A stretch of DNA of 64,000 bases from NCBI GenBank assembly GCA_963668355.1, contig OY764265.1, positions 2,368,001 through 2,432,000 of the forward strand, read 5' to 3'. The notes beneath the pieces were generated by a model, which worked only from the letters and a program-made list of their open reading frames with translations, was not told where the DNA came from and made no database searches. Positions 20,068-29,358 of the stretch are shown piece after piece (positions within the stretch are counted from its first letter, which is position 1; every line of letters starts with the position of its first letter). The translations under genes were made by a program, and so were the position numbers. The stretch comes from Bdellovibrionota bacterium (GTDB taxonomy: Bacteria; Bdellovibrionota_G; JALEGL01; DATDPG01).

Positions 20068-21693
20068 GCCTCTGTCAAAGAACTGTTCCATCTCTTCCAG
20101 AAGATCTCGGCAGGTTTCAGATTTTAAAGCACTGATCGAAAATCCGTCATTCAAACGGGCCATGTGGGTTCCCTGATTTCCAGGAAGAAGATCTGTTTTA
20201 TTCAAGACGAGAATTTGAGGAATTTCACTCACTCCCAGGTCGCGAAGAATGTTTTGAACCACATCGATTTGGTCTTGATAATGGGGATAGGAAGCGTCCA
20301 CAACGTGAAGGAGTAGGTCCGCATTGCCAATTTCTTCCAGTGTGGCTCGGAAAGCCAACTGAAGGTCTGGAGGAAGATCTCGAATGAATCCCACCGTATC
20401 CGTGAGAATGACTTCACGGTCCCTTGGAAACCGTAAGCGTTTGGAGTAGGGGTCCAGTGTCGCAAAGAGTTTGTTTTCGGCTCGGGCATTTGCATGCGTG
20501 AGTGTGTTGAGAAGTGTTGATTTCCCAGCGTTTGTGTAACCCACGATGGATACAATGGGGAGTTTCTTGCGTTCCCGAAGACCTCGTTTTTGGGAACGTT
20601 TTTGAGCGATTTTATGGATTTCTTTTTCCAGACGATTGATTCGTTCTCTGGCTCGACGTCGATGAATTTCCAATTTGGTTTCACCCGGACCTCGGCCACC
20701 TATGCCTCCGACGAGTCTCGACATTTGAGTGTCCCACTCACGCATTCGAGGAAGAGAGTATTTGAGTTGGGCCAATTCCACTTGGAGTTTTCCATCGTGA
20801 CTTTTCGCTCTTTGCGCGAAGATGTCCAAGATCACTTGGGTGCGGTCAATAACCCTGAGATTGGCCATTTCGGAGATGTGTCTTGCTTGATTGGGCGTCA
20901 GATTTTGTTGGAAAATGAGCAGATCTGCATCGAGCTGAGCAGCTCGAAGAGCGATTTCTTGAATTTTTCCGCTTCCGAGCATGGTTTTGGGATGGGGGGC
21001 TTCCCGGTTTTGAATAAAGGTTTCAAGAATTTCTACGCCCGCGGTATGGGCCAGGTCTTTCGTCTCATGGATCTGATCCCCTAAATGCGAATCCCCCTTT
21101 CGAGACATGGAGCAAAGGATGGCACGATTTTCCGGGGGAATGGTAGAGGCTGCCCGCGCATTTCTTCGAATCTCTTCTTCTAAGCTGGCAACGAAGGCTT
21201 CAATGTCGAGGTCTAACTCAAGAAAGGGCGTGGGGGGAAGCTGTTTGATCAGGACTTGATCCGGGTTTTCCGGAGCGATATGAGCGATGAAGATGTTTTC
21301 GGGAAATCCACTTTCATTTACTTGAAGGCTTCCCAAAACATCAAAGCGGCGGGTGGCCAAAGCCGTAAAATCTTGAGGAGAGAATCCTTCCTGGTTCAGG
21401 TGGGTGTGAATGAAACGGGTTCGAGATAAGCGGGTGACCCCGACCCGTTCTTGGACTTCTTTGGGAATGGGAATGCTTTCCCGCGTACCCACGACAATGC
21501 TCAAAATGCTTCCCTTGCGGTTCACAACCAATCCGAGTTGGCGTCTTAGGTCACGCGAAAGCGCGGAGATTTCTTTGGCGAGTTCCCAAGACAAAACGTC
21601 TGACTTATGAATTTTTCGGCGGGAAAGTCGTTCGAGATGTTTGAGTTGAGCTGTTTTTAAGCCGGTTAGGTGGCCTTCAATATTTCTGAAAAT
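20035..21693 (-). CDS. hflX: GTPase HflX, long form with N-terminal extension, probable ATT start
   Basis: IGGRGPGETKLE, VGYTNAGKST, LFATLDP, DTVGFI, NKTD. The frame continues 33 codons upstream of the tracked TTG (IFRNIEGHLTGLKTAQLKHLERL) to ATT 21693. Confidence 0.93.
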   Translation of the reverse strand: MFRNIEGHLTGLKTAQLKHLERLSRRKIHKSDVLSWELAKEISALSRDLRRQLGLVVNRKGSILSIVVGTRESIPIPKEVQERVGVTRLSRTRFIHTHLNQEGFSPQDFTALATRRFDVLGSLQVNESGFPENIFIAHIAPENPDQVLIKQLPPTPFLELDLDIEAFVASLEEEIRRNARAASTIPPENRAILCSMSRKGDSHLGDQIHETKDLAHTAGVEILETFIQNREAPHPKTMLGSGKIQEIALRAAQLDADLLIFQQNLTPNQARHISEMANLRVIDRTQVILDIFAQRAKSHDGKLQVELAQLKYSLPRMREWDTQMSRLVGGIGGRGPGETKLEIHRRRARERINRLEKEIHKIAQKRSQKRGLRERKKLPIVSIVGYTNAGKSTLLNTLTHANARAENKLFATLDPYSKRLRFPRDREVILTDTVGFIRDLPPDLQLAFRATLEEIGNADLLLHVVDASYPHYQDQIDVVQNILRDLGVSEIPQILVLNKTDLLPGNQGTHMARLNDGFSISALKSETCRDLLEEMEQFFDRGLSKQLNVGTG

Positions 21694-21696
21694 GAC

Positions 21697-22611
21697 TTAA
21701 TCCTTTGATCTTCTTTTGGATGGAGACTTTTTTGCAGCACGTCGGGGAGCCGCTTTTTTCCGAGTTCCAACTTTTTTCGCTCTTTTACGTGGGGGGTATG
21801 TTTTCTCGGGCTTGCTACGTCGGACCATTCTTTTTTTGGATCCTCCCGATGTGAGGTCTTTGGCTTTTTTGGTGGTCCCCGGCTGAATCAATTTCTTTAA
21901 ATGTTTGATTTCTTCTTGCGTGAGGGACCGCAAAGATCCAGAAGGTACTTCTTCGACGGTAATCCCCGCATAGTTTGTTCGAACCAATTTCAAGACAGGA
22001 TGATCCAATCGAAGCCAAATTCGCTTGATCAAACGATTTCGACCTTCTTTGACAACCATCTCATACCAGGAATGCTTTTTGGTTCCCTCTCGAAAGACAA
22101 CCTGCTCGGGTTTGATGAACCCATCTTCCAATTTAACCCCTCTTCGAAGTTTCTGAATGGTCTCAGCAGAAGGCTTTCCTTTGACTTTCACCATGTAGGT
22201 TCGAGGAATTTCAAATCGGGGGTGCATGAGGCGATGGGCTAAGTTGCCGTCATTGGTGACAATCAATACGCCTTCGGTGTCATAGTCCAGTCTTCCGACG
22301 GGAAATAAGCGAATGTCGTCGGGTAGAAAATCTCTCAACGTCTCTCGACCTTCAGGATCCGAAAGGGTGGTGACGACTTGTTTGGGCTTGTTCAATACAA
22401 AATAGCGTAATTTGGGCTTTCCTTGGTCGATGGGAATTCCGTCCACAGCGATTTCGACCCCCTTTGGGTCAATCTGAAGTCCCAACTCTCGAACGGTTTT
22501 TCCATCGATGGAAACACGTCCCGTTTCAATGAGTTCGTCCGCCTTTCGACGGGAGGCAATCCCTCTTTCGGCGAGAAGTTTATTAAGGCGTATGGGTTTG
22601 CTCGTCTTCAT
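21697..22611 (-). CDS. rluB: 23S rRNA pseudouridine synthase (RluB/RsuA family) with basic C-terminal tail
   Basis: S4 domain RLNKLLAERGIASRR, PVGRLDYDTEG, EGRNR; adjacent to scpAB. Confidence 0.88.
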   Translation of the reverse strand: MKTSKPIRLNKLLAERGIASRRKADELIETGRVSIDGKTVRELGLQIDPKGVEIAVDGIPIDQGKPKLRYFVLNKPKQVVTTLSDPEGRETLRDFLPDDIRLFPVGRLDYDTEGVLIVTNDGNLAHRLMHPRFEIPRTYMVKVKGKPSAETIQKLRRGVKLEDGFIKPEQVVFREGTKKHSWYEMVVKEGRNRLIKRIWLRLDHPVLKLVRTNYAGITVEEVPSGSLRSLTQEEIKHLKKLIQPGTTKKAKDLTSGGSKKRMVRRSKPEKTYPPRKRAKKVGTRKKAAPRRAAKKSPSKRRSKD

Positions 22612-23329
22612 TTGAGCTTTCTTGAGGCTCTGGAAGGGGTTCGGCCTCAGCTAAATGGGTTTCAGAAACGGACGGGGAAGAATCTTCTTGAGGAGGTTGA
22701 GCTTCTAAATCCCCATTCGCAGTGAGAGAAGCCGCTTCGTCGGGTTTGTCTTCGGGAAGAAGTTTCTCCAGGGTTGCCAGGCTTTCCTCTCCCAATTCGG
22801 TGTATTCTCGCAAGGTGGGTAAGTCTGAAAGGGAACGAAGGCTGAAAAACTCCAGAAACTCTTTGGTCGTTCCATAGATGAGTGGGTGCCCAGGTTCTTC
22901 ACGTTTGCCTAAGATTCGAACTAAATTTCGCTCCAACATATTTCGTAAAACTGGTCCGGAATCGACACCTCGAATCTCATCCACTTCAGGTCGGGTTACC
23001 GGTTGACGGTAAGCGACAATCGAAAGGGTTTCGAGGGCGGCCCGACTTAAGCGCACAGGTTTGGCCTTATGGAGTTTAAATATCCAGGGCGTGTTGATTT
23101 GTTTGCTTCGGAGTTGGTAGCCGTTGGCCACTTCGACCAAATCCAAACCACTGGACTCTCGGGCATATTCGGTTTTCATTTCATCTAAAGCTTTTCGAAC
23201 CTCATCGTTTGAGCTTTCCTCAAGGACTTCCACGAATTTGCCCAGAGGTACCGGCTTATCTGAAAGAAAAAGGATCGATTCAAGAACTGACTTCAGTCGT
23301 TCGTCCGCCATATTCGTCGGTTCGGTCAT
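22583..23329 (-). CDS. scpB: SMC-Scp complex subunit ScpB
   Basis: LESILF, LSRAALETLSIVAYRQPVTR, IRGVDS, YGTTKEFLEFF. Confidence 0.95.
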   Translation of the reverse strand: MTEPTNMADERLKSVLESILFLSDKPVPLGKFVEVLEESSNDEVRKALDEMKTEYARESSGLDLVEVANGYQLRSKQINTPWIFKLHKAKPVRLSRAALETLSIVAYRQPVTRPEVDEIRGVDSGPVLRNMLERNLVRILGKREEPGHPLIYGTTKEFLEFFSLRSLSDLPTLREYTELGEESLATLEKLLPEDKPDEAASLTANGDLEAQPPQEDSSPSVSETHLAEAEPLPEPQESSNEDEQTHTP

Positions 23330-24125
23330 TGCTCCACTCTCCATATAAATTGGCTGTACCCATTAGCTGAATCTCTGAAAATGAATCAGCCTGGAATACG
23401 CGAATTAAGCCTCGTTTTACCATTTCCAAAAGTGCCAAGAACGTCGAGACCACACGCTCTTTAGAAGATTCATGTTCGAATAAATCGTCAAATCTCATAG
23501 AGCCTTCTTGGCTTTGTCGAAGTTTGCTTGCGACTTCCGTCACGCATTCGGAAACCGTGATGCCTTCTCGTTGAACCTCGTGGGGGGAGGCGAGTTCAAG
23601 CTTTCTAAGAACCTTGCTGAACGCATCAACCAACTTGAAGATGCTGACTTCCATGAGTTCGGGGGGGTCGTCGGTGTCGGAGCGAGGAAGGATGATTTTC
23701 TCGCGTTTAAACGTGTCACGTCCCAGAAGAGGTCTTTCCGCCAGTTGTTGGGCGACATTTTTGTATTTCTGGTACTCCAAGAGTCTCCGGACCAACTCTT
23801 CTCTCGGATCCACACCATCTTCCTCAGGATCCTCTTGATTTTCATCCGGGGGCAAGAGTAGTTTGGATTTGATGTGAGCCAGTGTCGCCGCCATTAGAAG
23901 AAACTCACCGGCGACTTCGAGATTGAGGGTTTCCATGACTTCGATGGTCTGGAGGTACTGATCCGTGATTTTCGCGACGGGAATATCGTAGATGTCCACC
24001 TGATTCTCTTTGATCAGATGCAGGAGTAGGTCCAAAGGTCCCTCGAATACATCCAATTGGATTTTGTATTGGAAAGGAGCGGCTTCGGTTAGGGACGTAT
24101 CCGATTTTTGGAGGTCTTCAGTCAT
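23280..24125 (-). CDS. scpA: Segregation and condensation protein A (kleisin)
   Basis: FEGPLDLLLHLI, EFLLMAATL.IKSKLLLP, FLALLEM. Confidence 0.95.
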   Translation of the reverse strand: MTEDLQKSDTSLTEAAPFQYKIQLDVFEGPLDLLLHLIKENQVDIYDIPVAKITDQYLQTIEVMETLNLEVAGEFLLMAATLAHIKSKLLLPPDENQEDPEEDGVDPREELVRRLLEYQKYKNVAQQLAERPLLGRDTFKREKIILPRSDTDDPPELMEVSIFKLVDAFSKVLRKLELASPHEVQREGITVSECVTEVASKLRQSQEGSMRFDDLFEHESSKERVVSTFLALLEMVKRGLIRVFQADSFSEIQLMGTANLYGEWSNDRTDEYGGRTTEVSS

Positions 24126-25105
24126 GAGACGAGATGGGCCACTTTCTTTACTTCATTCATGGTTTTGGTCGCGATTTTTTGAGCTTTTTGCGTCCCCGCA
24201 TCCAGAATTTCGTCAATTCGTTTCGGATGTTGGGCAAAATGGTCTCTTTTTTCTCGAATTTCTCCGAGTTTGGGCAAAAGGGAATCCAACAGCATCTTTT
24301 TACAGTCCACGCATCCAATTTCCGCAGAACGACATCCCTTTCGAACATTTTGAATGGTCTCGGAAGGGGAATAGGTTTCGTGCAGGGGGTACAAATTGCA
24401 CGTGTCTGGATCCCCTGGATCCTTTCGCCGGGCCCTTTTGGGATCGGTGACCATGGTTCTGACTTTGGCTTCAATATCTGCCGTGGAATCCGAGAGTAAA
24501 ATCGCATTCCCATAGGATTTCGACATTTTCCGCCCATCGACACCGTTGATTTTGGGAGATTCCGTCAATTTGGGCTGAGGCTCAGGAAAAATATGGGCAT
24601 AGGTGTTGTTGAATCTTCGCGTGATTTCGCGCGTGAGTTCCAAATGGGGAACCTGATCTTGTCCAACGGGAACGGCCTCTCCTTTATACAAAAGAATATC
24701 GGCCGCTTGAAGAACGGGGTAGCCCAGAAAGCCCAGATTGGAAAGATCCTTGTCCGTGATTTCCTGCCTCATCTCTTTGTAGGTGGGGTTTCTCTCCAAC
24801 CAACCGAGAGGCGTAATCATGGAAAACATCAAAAAAAGCTCGGCATGTTCGCGAATGGCCGATTGCAGAAACACGGTCGATTTCTCGGGATCGATTCCAG
24901 AAGCCAACCAGTCGATAACCATTTCTCTATTGTTTTCAGGAAGTTGCGAGGTGTTTTTAAAGTCAGTTGTGAGGGCGTGCCAATCCGCTACGAAGAAGAA
25001 ACAGTCATTCCCTTCATCCTGCAGCTTCTTCCAATTGGTCAAAGCACCCAATAAATGTCCTATGTGTAATCGACCCGTGGGTCGCATTCCGCTTACGATC
25101 CGCAT
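24122..25105 (-). CDS. trpS: Tryptophan--tRNA ligase
   Basis: SGMRPTGRLHIGH (HIGH), YPVLQAADIL, VPVGQDQ, KMSKS. Confidence 0.97.
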   Translation of the reverse strand: MRIVSGMRPTGRLHIGHLLGALTNWKKLQDEGNDCFFFVADWHALTTDFKNTSQLPENNREMVIDWLASGIDPEKSTVFLQSAIREHAELFLMFSMITPLGWLERNPTYKEMRQEITDKDLSNLGFLGYPVLQAADILLYKGEAVPVGQDQVPHLELTREITRRFNNTYAHIFPEPQPKLTESPKINGVDGRKMSKSYGNAILLSDSTADIEAKVRTMVTDPKRARRKDPGDPDTCNLYPLHETYSPSETIQNVRKGCRSAEIGCVDCKKMLLDSLLPKLGEIREKRDHFAQHPKRIDEILDAGTQKAQKIATKTMNEVKKVAHLVS

Positions 25106-25129
25106 GTGTTCCTCAACAAACTAACCTAG

Positions 25130-25783
25130 TTAAATCGCCAGATTGAGCAACCCTCTATAAACGATTTGAGCTGGAAGGAATACCAGATAATCCAGGATGT
25201 GAAGGTAGAAGAGAACGAAAATGATGATGATGCCGTAGCGTTCCAATGCGTCGAGCATTCGAGACATCTGAGGAAGAAGTCCATTTAGAACGCGGCTTCC
25301 ATCCAAGGGAGGAAAGGGCAGAAGATTGAACATCGCCAGAATGAGATTGATGAAAACCCCGGCTTTGACCATGTTGATGGCCTCGGCTTGAAAGGAGCTT
25401 GGACTTTGTATCCAAGCGCCGTCCCCCATGCGAATGAAGGCGGCAAATATGGCGGTGAAGCCGATTGCCAAAAGAATATTGGAGAGAGGGCCTGCCGCAG
25501 CGACCCAAAGTCCCCCCATTCGTCGGTCACGGAGATTGCGAAAATTGACGGGCACCGGTTTGGCCCATCCGATGATTGGGGCACCCATGACGGCCAGAAG
25601 GACCGGAAAGATTACGGTCCCAAATATATCAATATGGGGGAGGGGATTGAGCGTGATGCGCCCAAGGTCTTTTGCCGTGGTGTCTCCCCATTTATTGGCC
25701 ATCCAAGCGTGGGCAGCCTCGTGAAAGGAAAGCGAGAAGAACAAGATGACGAGCAACGGCAACATTTGAATGAATCTTTCCAC
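25130..25783 (-). CDS. Site-2 protease family (M50) membrane metalloprotease
   Basis: HEAAH, NPLPHID, AGPLSN, FNLLPFPPLDG. Confidence 0.92.
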   Translation of the reverse strand: MERFIQMLPLLVILFFSLSFHEAAHAWMANKWGDTTAKDLGRITLNPLPHIDIFGTVIFPVLLAVMGAPIIGWAKPVPVNFRNLRDRRMGGLWVAAAGPLSNILLAIGFTAIFAAFIRMGDGAWIQSPSSFQAEAINMVKAGVFINLILAMFNLLPFPPLDGSRVLNGLLPQMSRMLDALERYGIIIIFVLFYLHILDYLVFLPAQIVYRGLLNLAI

Positions 25784-25790
25784 GCGCTAG

Positions 25791-25819
25791 GGGATACCGG
25801 AGGCCGGAAGGCCTGTCAA
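25791..25819 (-). promoter_or_regulatory. Putative sigma70 promoter for a leaderless mRNA
   Basis: Minus strand TTGACA(25819-14)-N17-TATCCC(25796-91), 7 nt before GTG 25783. Confidence 0.55.
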
Positions 25820-25849
25820 TTGGGAGTGAATTCGATGACAGTGGAGAGA

Positions 25850-26758
25850 TTAGGTCTTTTTGGCCCGAGGATGGAAGGTGTTGTAGGCATTTTTGAGATG
25901 CTTGCGGGAGAGGTGGGTGTAGATTTGGGTCGTGGCTACGGTAGCATGGCCGAGCATTTGTTGAACGGACCTCAAGTCCGCTCCCCCTTCGAGTAAGTGA
26001 GTTGCGAAGGAGTGTCGGAGGACATGTGGGGAAACTTTGGAGGGGATTCCTCCTTTGCGGGCGTACTTTCGCAAGAGGTGCCAAACGGTTTGTCGCGTCA
26101 TGGCTCGTCCGCGATTACTCAGAAAAAGCCATTTTTGAGGCTTTCCTTTGTCAAACTCTCCCCGGGCCTTCTGGACATACGTGTTGATCCAGTGAAGGGC
26201 GTGTTTGCCGACAGGAACCACCCGCTCTTTGGAGCCCTTCCCGGTTACGCGAAGGAGGGCGGTATCCATATGGAGAGACTCATAGGTGAGGGAGACCAAT
26301 TCCGAAACGCGGAGTCCCGAGGAATAGAAGAGTTCCAAGATGGCTCGGTCACGAAGCCCTTCTTTTTTCTCTACATCCGGAGCTTCCAAGATTTTCTCCA
26401 TTTGTTCAGGTGAAATGGCTCGGGGCAAGCCGCGTGAAAGCCGAGGGGCCGAAAATTCTTGCGTGATTTGTTTGCGAACCAAATTCTCTCGGCTTAAGAA
26501 TTTATAAAACGAACGAATAGCCGAAATGGCTCTTACGATGGATCGAGAGGATTTTCCTTCCCGACTCAAATGCGATTGAAAGCCCTCAGCATGTTGTCGC
26601 GTGATGTGTTCCGGAGAGGGAAGCTTTTTTTGGGTCGCATAATTTTGAAACGATAAAATGTCTCGGGCATACGCATCAACCGTGTTTTTAGAAAGTGAAC
26701 GGTTGATTCGCAGATTTTCGAGGTAGAGTTCTCGGCAGCGGTCCCAAGACTCACTCAC
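25850..26758 (-). CDS. xerD: Tyrosine recombinase XerD
   Basis: RDRAILELFYSSGLRVSEL, GKGSKER, SPHVLRHSFATHLLEGGADLRSVQQMLGH, TTQIYTH. Confidence 0.92.
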   Translation of the reverse strand: MSESWDRCRELYLENLRINRSLSKNTVDAYARDILSFQNYATQKKLPSPEHITRQHAEGFQSHLSREGKSSRSIVRAISAIRSFYKFLSRENLVRKQITQEFSAPRLSRGLPRAISPEQMEKILEAPDVEKKEGLRDRAILELFYSSGLRVSELVSLTYESLHMDTALLRVTGKGSKERVVPVGKHALHWINTYVQKARGEFDKGKPQKWLFLSNRGRAMTRQTVWHLLRKYARKGGIPSKVSPHVLRHSFATHLLEGGADLRSVQQMLGHATVATTQIYTHLSRKHLKNAYNTFHPRAKKT

Positions 26759-27692
26759 TGTCAGCGGACTCCGTTTTGATTTTCACGCCTTCGGCCTGCG
26801 TCTCGCCGGAAAATTTAATTTGATTTCGCCCCCCATTTTTTGCGCGCAAAAGCTGCATATCTGTGGCCCGGAAAAAGGTCTCATGCGTTTTGTAATTGTT
26901 CTTATCAAACGTTGCGACGCCGGCGCTGATGGTGACCGGAATCTTTGTGTTTTGAAAGGTGAATAGAACTTCTTCGATTCGTGCTCGAAGTTTTTCCGCA
27001 ATTTGAACGGCAGAATCTTTAAGCGTATCTCGCAAGAGCAAGACAAACTCCTCACCTCCGAATCTCGCAAACAAGTCTTCCTCACGCTTAATGGCGGTGA
27101 TTTGAGCAGCCAACTCTTGGAGAATGTAGTCTCCTGCATCATGACCATGGCTGTCGTTGATTCGCTTGAAGTGATCGAGGTCGAAGATGATCAAAGACAA
27201 AGGAACTTCATGCCTTTTGGAGTAGCTAAACTCCATCTTGAAGCGGTCCACGAAGTACTTCTTATTGTAAATCTGCGTCAGGTAGTCTTTGTTGGCCGCA
27301 TTATAGAGTTGTTCGTTAAAACTCTCCTCGATGTCATCCAGGTAGTTGAATTTGAGAATGGTCACATTTCCCAACTGAATGCGATCCCCATCCACGAGCC
27401 GATGCGTCTTCATCTTGCTTCCGTTGATGAGCATGCCATTGGTGCTTTCCAAATCCGTGATGATGAATGCATTCGGACGGGCTTCGACTACGGCGTGATT
27501 TCGGCTGACATCGGGGTCGTCAATCTTGATGTCCGATTCTTCCGAACGTCCGACGGATATCTCGGTTTTGTTGATTTCGTACTTTCGCCCAATGTCGTTT
27601 CCAGCCAAGACAACAAAATTGGCTTTGGGGATGCCTGCGCTGTGAAGCAGGTCCACAATGTCTCGACGGGAGGTTTTATCTTCAGGGGCCAT
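26751..27692 (-). CDS. FHA-domain diguanylate cyclase (DgcB-like)
   Basis: FHA motifs GR, SRNH, STNG; GGDEF domain DLDHFKRIND.GH..GD, I-site REED, ARFGGEEF. Confidence 0.92.
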   Translation of the reverse strand: MAPEDKTSRRDIVDLLHSAGIPKANFVVLAGNDIGRKYEINKTEISVGRSEESDIKIDDPDVSRNHAVVEARPNAFIITDLESTNGMLINGSKMKTHRLVDGDRIQLGNVTILKFNYLDDIEESFNEQLYNAANKDYLTQIYNKKYFVDRFKMEFSYSKRHEVPLSLIIFDLDHFKRINDSHGHDAGDYILQELAAQITAIKREEDLFARFGGEEFVLLLRDTLKDSAVQIAEKLRARIEEVLFTFQNTKIPVTISAGVATFDKNNYKTHETFFRATDMQLLRAKNGGRNQIKFSGETQAEGVKIKTESADSE

Positions 27693-27727
27693 ATTCTTGA
27701 ATTTGTTGTCTGTTTACTAGAAAGTGA

Positions 27728-27791
27728 AGAATATCAGGTACCTGTTCATCCGGTCAACGAGTGTGGTAGACTAACAAGGTGATCTAGATCA
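27728..27791. promoter_or_regulatory. Divergent promoter region with palindromes
   Basis: Minus strand TTGACC-N18-TATTCT; plus strand TG-G-TAGACT (27764-72); perfect palindromes CAGGTACCTG (27735-44) and TGATCTAGATCA (27780-91). Confidence 0.45.
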
Positions 27792-27835
27792 TGAAATTTT
27801 GTCATTTTGGATAAGAGTTAAAAAGGGAGTCAGGA

Positions 27836-29305
27836 TTGAAAGTTCTCGTCATCAATGAGCCATTTGTGGATGATTTCTGCCGAACGCAGCGTTGGGCCGC
27901 TCGAACCAGAGGTCGCGTGTTGAGAGCTCCAGACTGGTTGGCCTATGCAACGGCGGTTTTGTTAGATGCCAATATTGATGCGACGATTTACGATTTCCCC
28001 GCCCGTGGCTGGGGATTTAACGAATTTGAGCAGCTCATCAAAACCGAACAACCCGATTTCGTGGTTTTGGACTCTACAACGCCTTCCATTCATTCGGACA
28101 TTTCTTGTGCCCAGAATGTGAAGCGCCTAGCTCCCCACGCAGCGGTCATTATGGTGGGACCTCACGCGACATCGGTTCCCGAGGAAACACTACGCAACGC
28201 CAATGGGGCTGTGGATGTGGTTTGTCGGGGAGAGTACGACTTTACGGTGAGAGATGTGGTTTCTTCGTTTCCAAATGTGAAGGAAGTCGAAGGCATTACC
28301 TATTGGAATGGTGGAGATATTCAGAGCACCCCCGATCGCCCCTTAATTAAGAATGTGGATGATATTCCCTTTCCCGCTTGGCATCAGTTGAACCTGATGG
28401 ATTATTTCGATGGGACCAAACTTTATCCCTATATCGATATTTTCAGTGGCCGAGGGTGTCCACATCAGTGCACCTTCTGTTTATGGCCTCAGGTTATGCA
28501 CGGCCATCCGTTCCGTTTGCGAAAACCTTCCAGAGTGGTGGATGAAATGGAGTACGACATCCGGCTATGCCCACAGGTAGTCAATGGAGGCGAGTTCTTT
28601 TTTGAAGATGACACCTTCACACTCCACAAACCCACAGCGATGGGAATTTGCGAAGAGATTTTGAAACGAGACTTGAAGGTAACGTTTTCCGTCAATGCGC
28701 GCGTGGATACGGCGGATTTGGAAATGATGAAAGCGTTAAAGAAAGCGGGTTGTCGAGAACTTTTGGTGGGGTTTGAGTCTGGGGATCAACAGGTCCTGGA
28801 CAATATTAAAAAGCGCGCCACGATTGAACAGGCTGAAGAATTCATGGCCAGGTCCAAGGAGGCCAAGTTGGATGTGCATGGATGTTTTGTCATGGGCCTG
28901 CCCGGAGAAACCAAAGCTTCGATGGATAAGACCATTCAATGGGCAAGAGGCTTAGGGTTGCATACGGTTCAATTTTCTGCAGCCGTTCCATTTCCGGGAA
29001 CGGCTTATTTTGAAGAGAGTGACGAGAAGGGCCTTCTCAAAAGCAAAGATTGGAAAAAGTGGTTGGACCCTCAGGGCGAACAAGCTGGAGTGATCAGTTA
29101 TCCGGGGTTAACGAAAGAAGAGGTGGAAGCCGGGGTCAATCGGGCTCTCAAGAGCTTTTATTTTCGGCCCCTCTATCTTTTAAAATTCGGATTTAAGAAC
29201 CGCCATTTTAAAGATTTTTTGAGGAAGGTGAGGGGATTTCGCCACTTCTTCACGTATCTTTGGGATTCCATGAAATCGCAGTCCTCCGTTTTTAGTCGTC
29301 GCTAA
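27836..29305 (+). CDS. Radical SAM protein with B12-binding-type N-domain (HpnJ-like, class B type)
   Basis: GRGCPHQCTFC, VGPHAT, RGEYD, FEDDTF, GFESG, PFPGT. Confidence 0.9.
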   Translation: MKVLVINEPFVDDFCRTQRWAARTRGRVLRAPDWLAYATAVLLDANIDATIYDFPARGWGFNEFEQLIKTEQPDFVVLDSTTPSIHSDISCAQNVKRLAPHAAVIMVGPHATSVPEETLRNANGAVDVVCRGEYDFTVRDVVSSFPNVKEVEGITYWNGGDIQSTPDRPLIKNVDDIPFPAWHQLNLMDYFDGTKLYPYIDIFSGRGCPHQCTFCLWPQVMHGHPFRLRKPSRVVDEMEYDIRLCPQVVNGGEFFFEDDTFTLHKPTAMGICEEILKRDLKVTFSVNARVDTADLEMMKALKKAGCRELLVGFESGDQQVLDNIKKRATIEQAEEFMARSKEAKLDVHGCFVMGLPGETKASMDKTIQWARGLGLHTVQFSAAVPFPGTAYFEESDEKGLLKSKDWKKWLDPQGEQAGVISYPGLTKEEVEAGVNRALKSFYFRPLYLLKFGFKNRHFKDFLRKVRGFRHFFTYLWDSMKSQSSVFSRR

Positions 29306-29358
29306 AAGCGACCGTAAGATAGACGCTCCTTAAACATTTGAATAAACTGCCCAGGAAG

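Noticed and set aside
25388..26413. 202-aa and 138-aa plus-strand ORFs
   Set aside because: Antisense shadows of xerD and the site-2 protease gene.
25850..26758. Tyrosine recombinase as an integrase or invertase for the glycan locus
   Set aside because: Sequence and context (trpS, scpAB) fit housekeeping XerD; no att sites, tRNA or flanking inverted repeats were seen.
27003..27782. 259-aa plus-strand ORF
   Set aside because: Antisense to the well-supported FHA-GGDEF gene.
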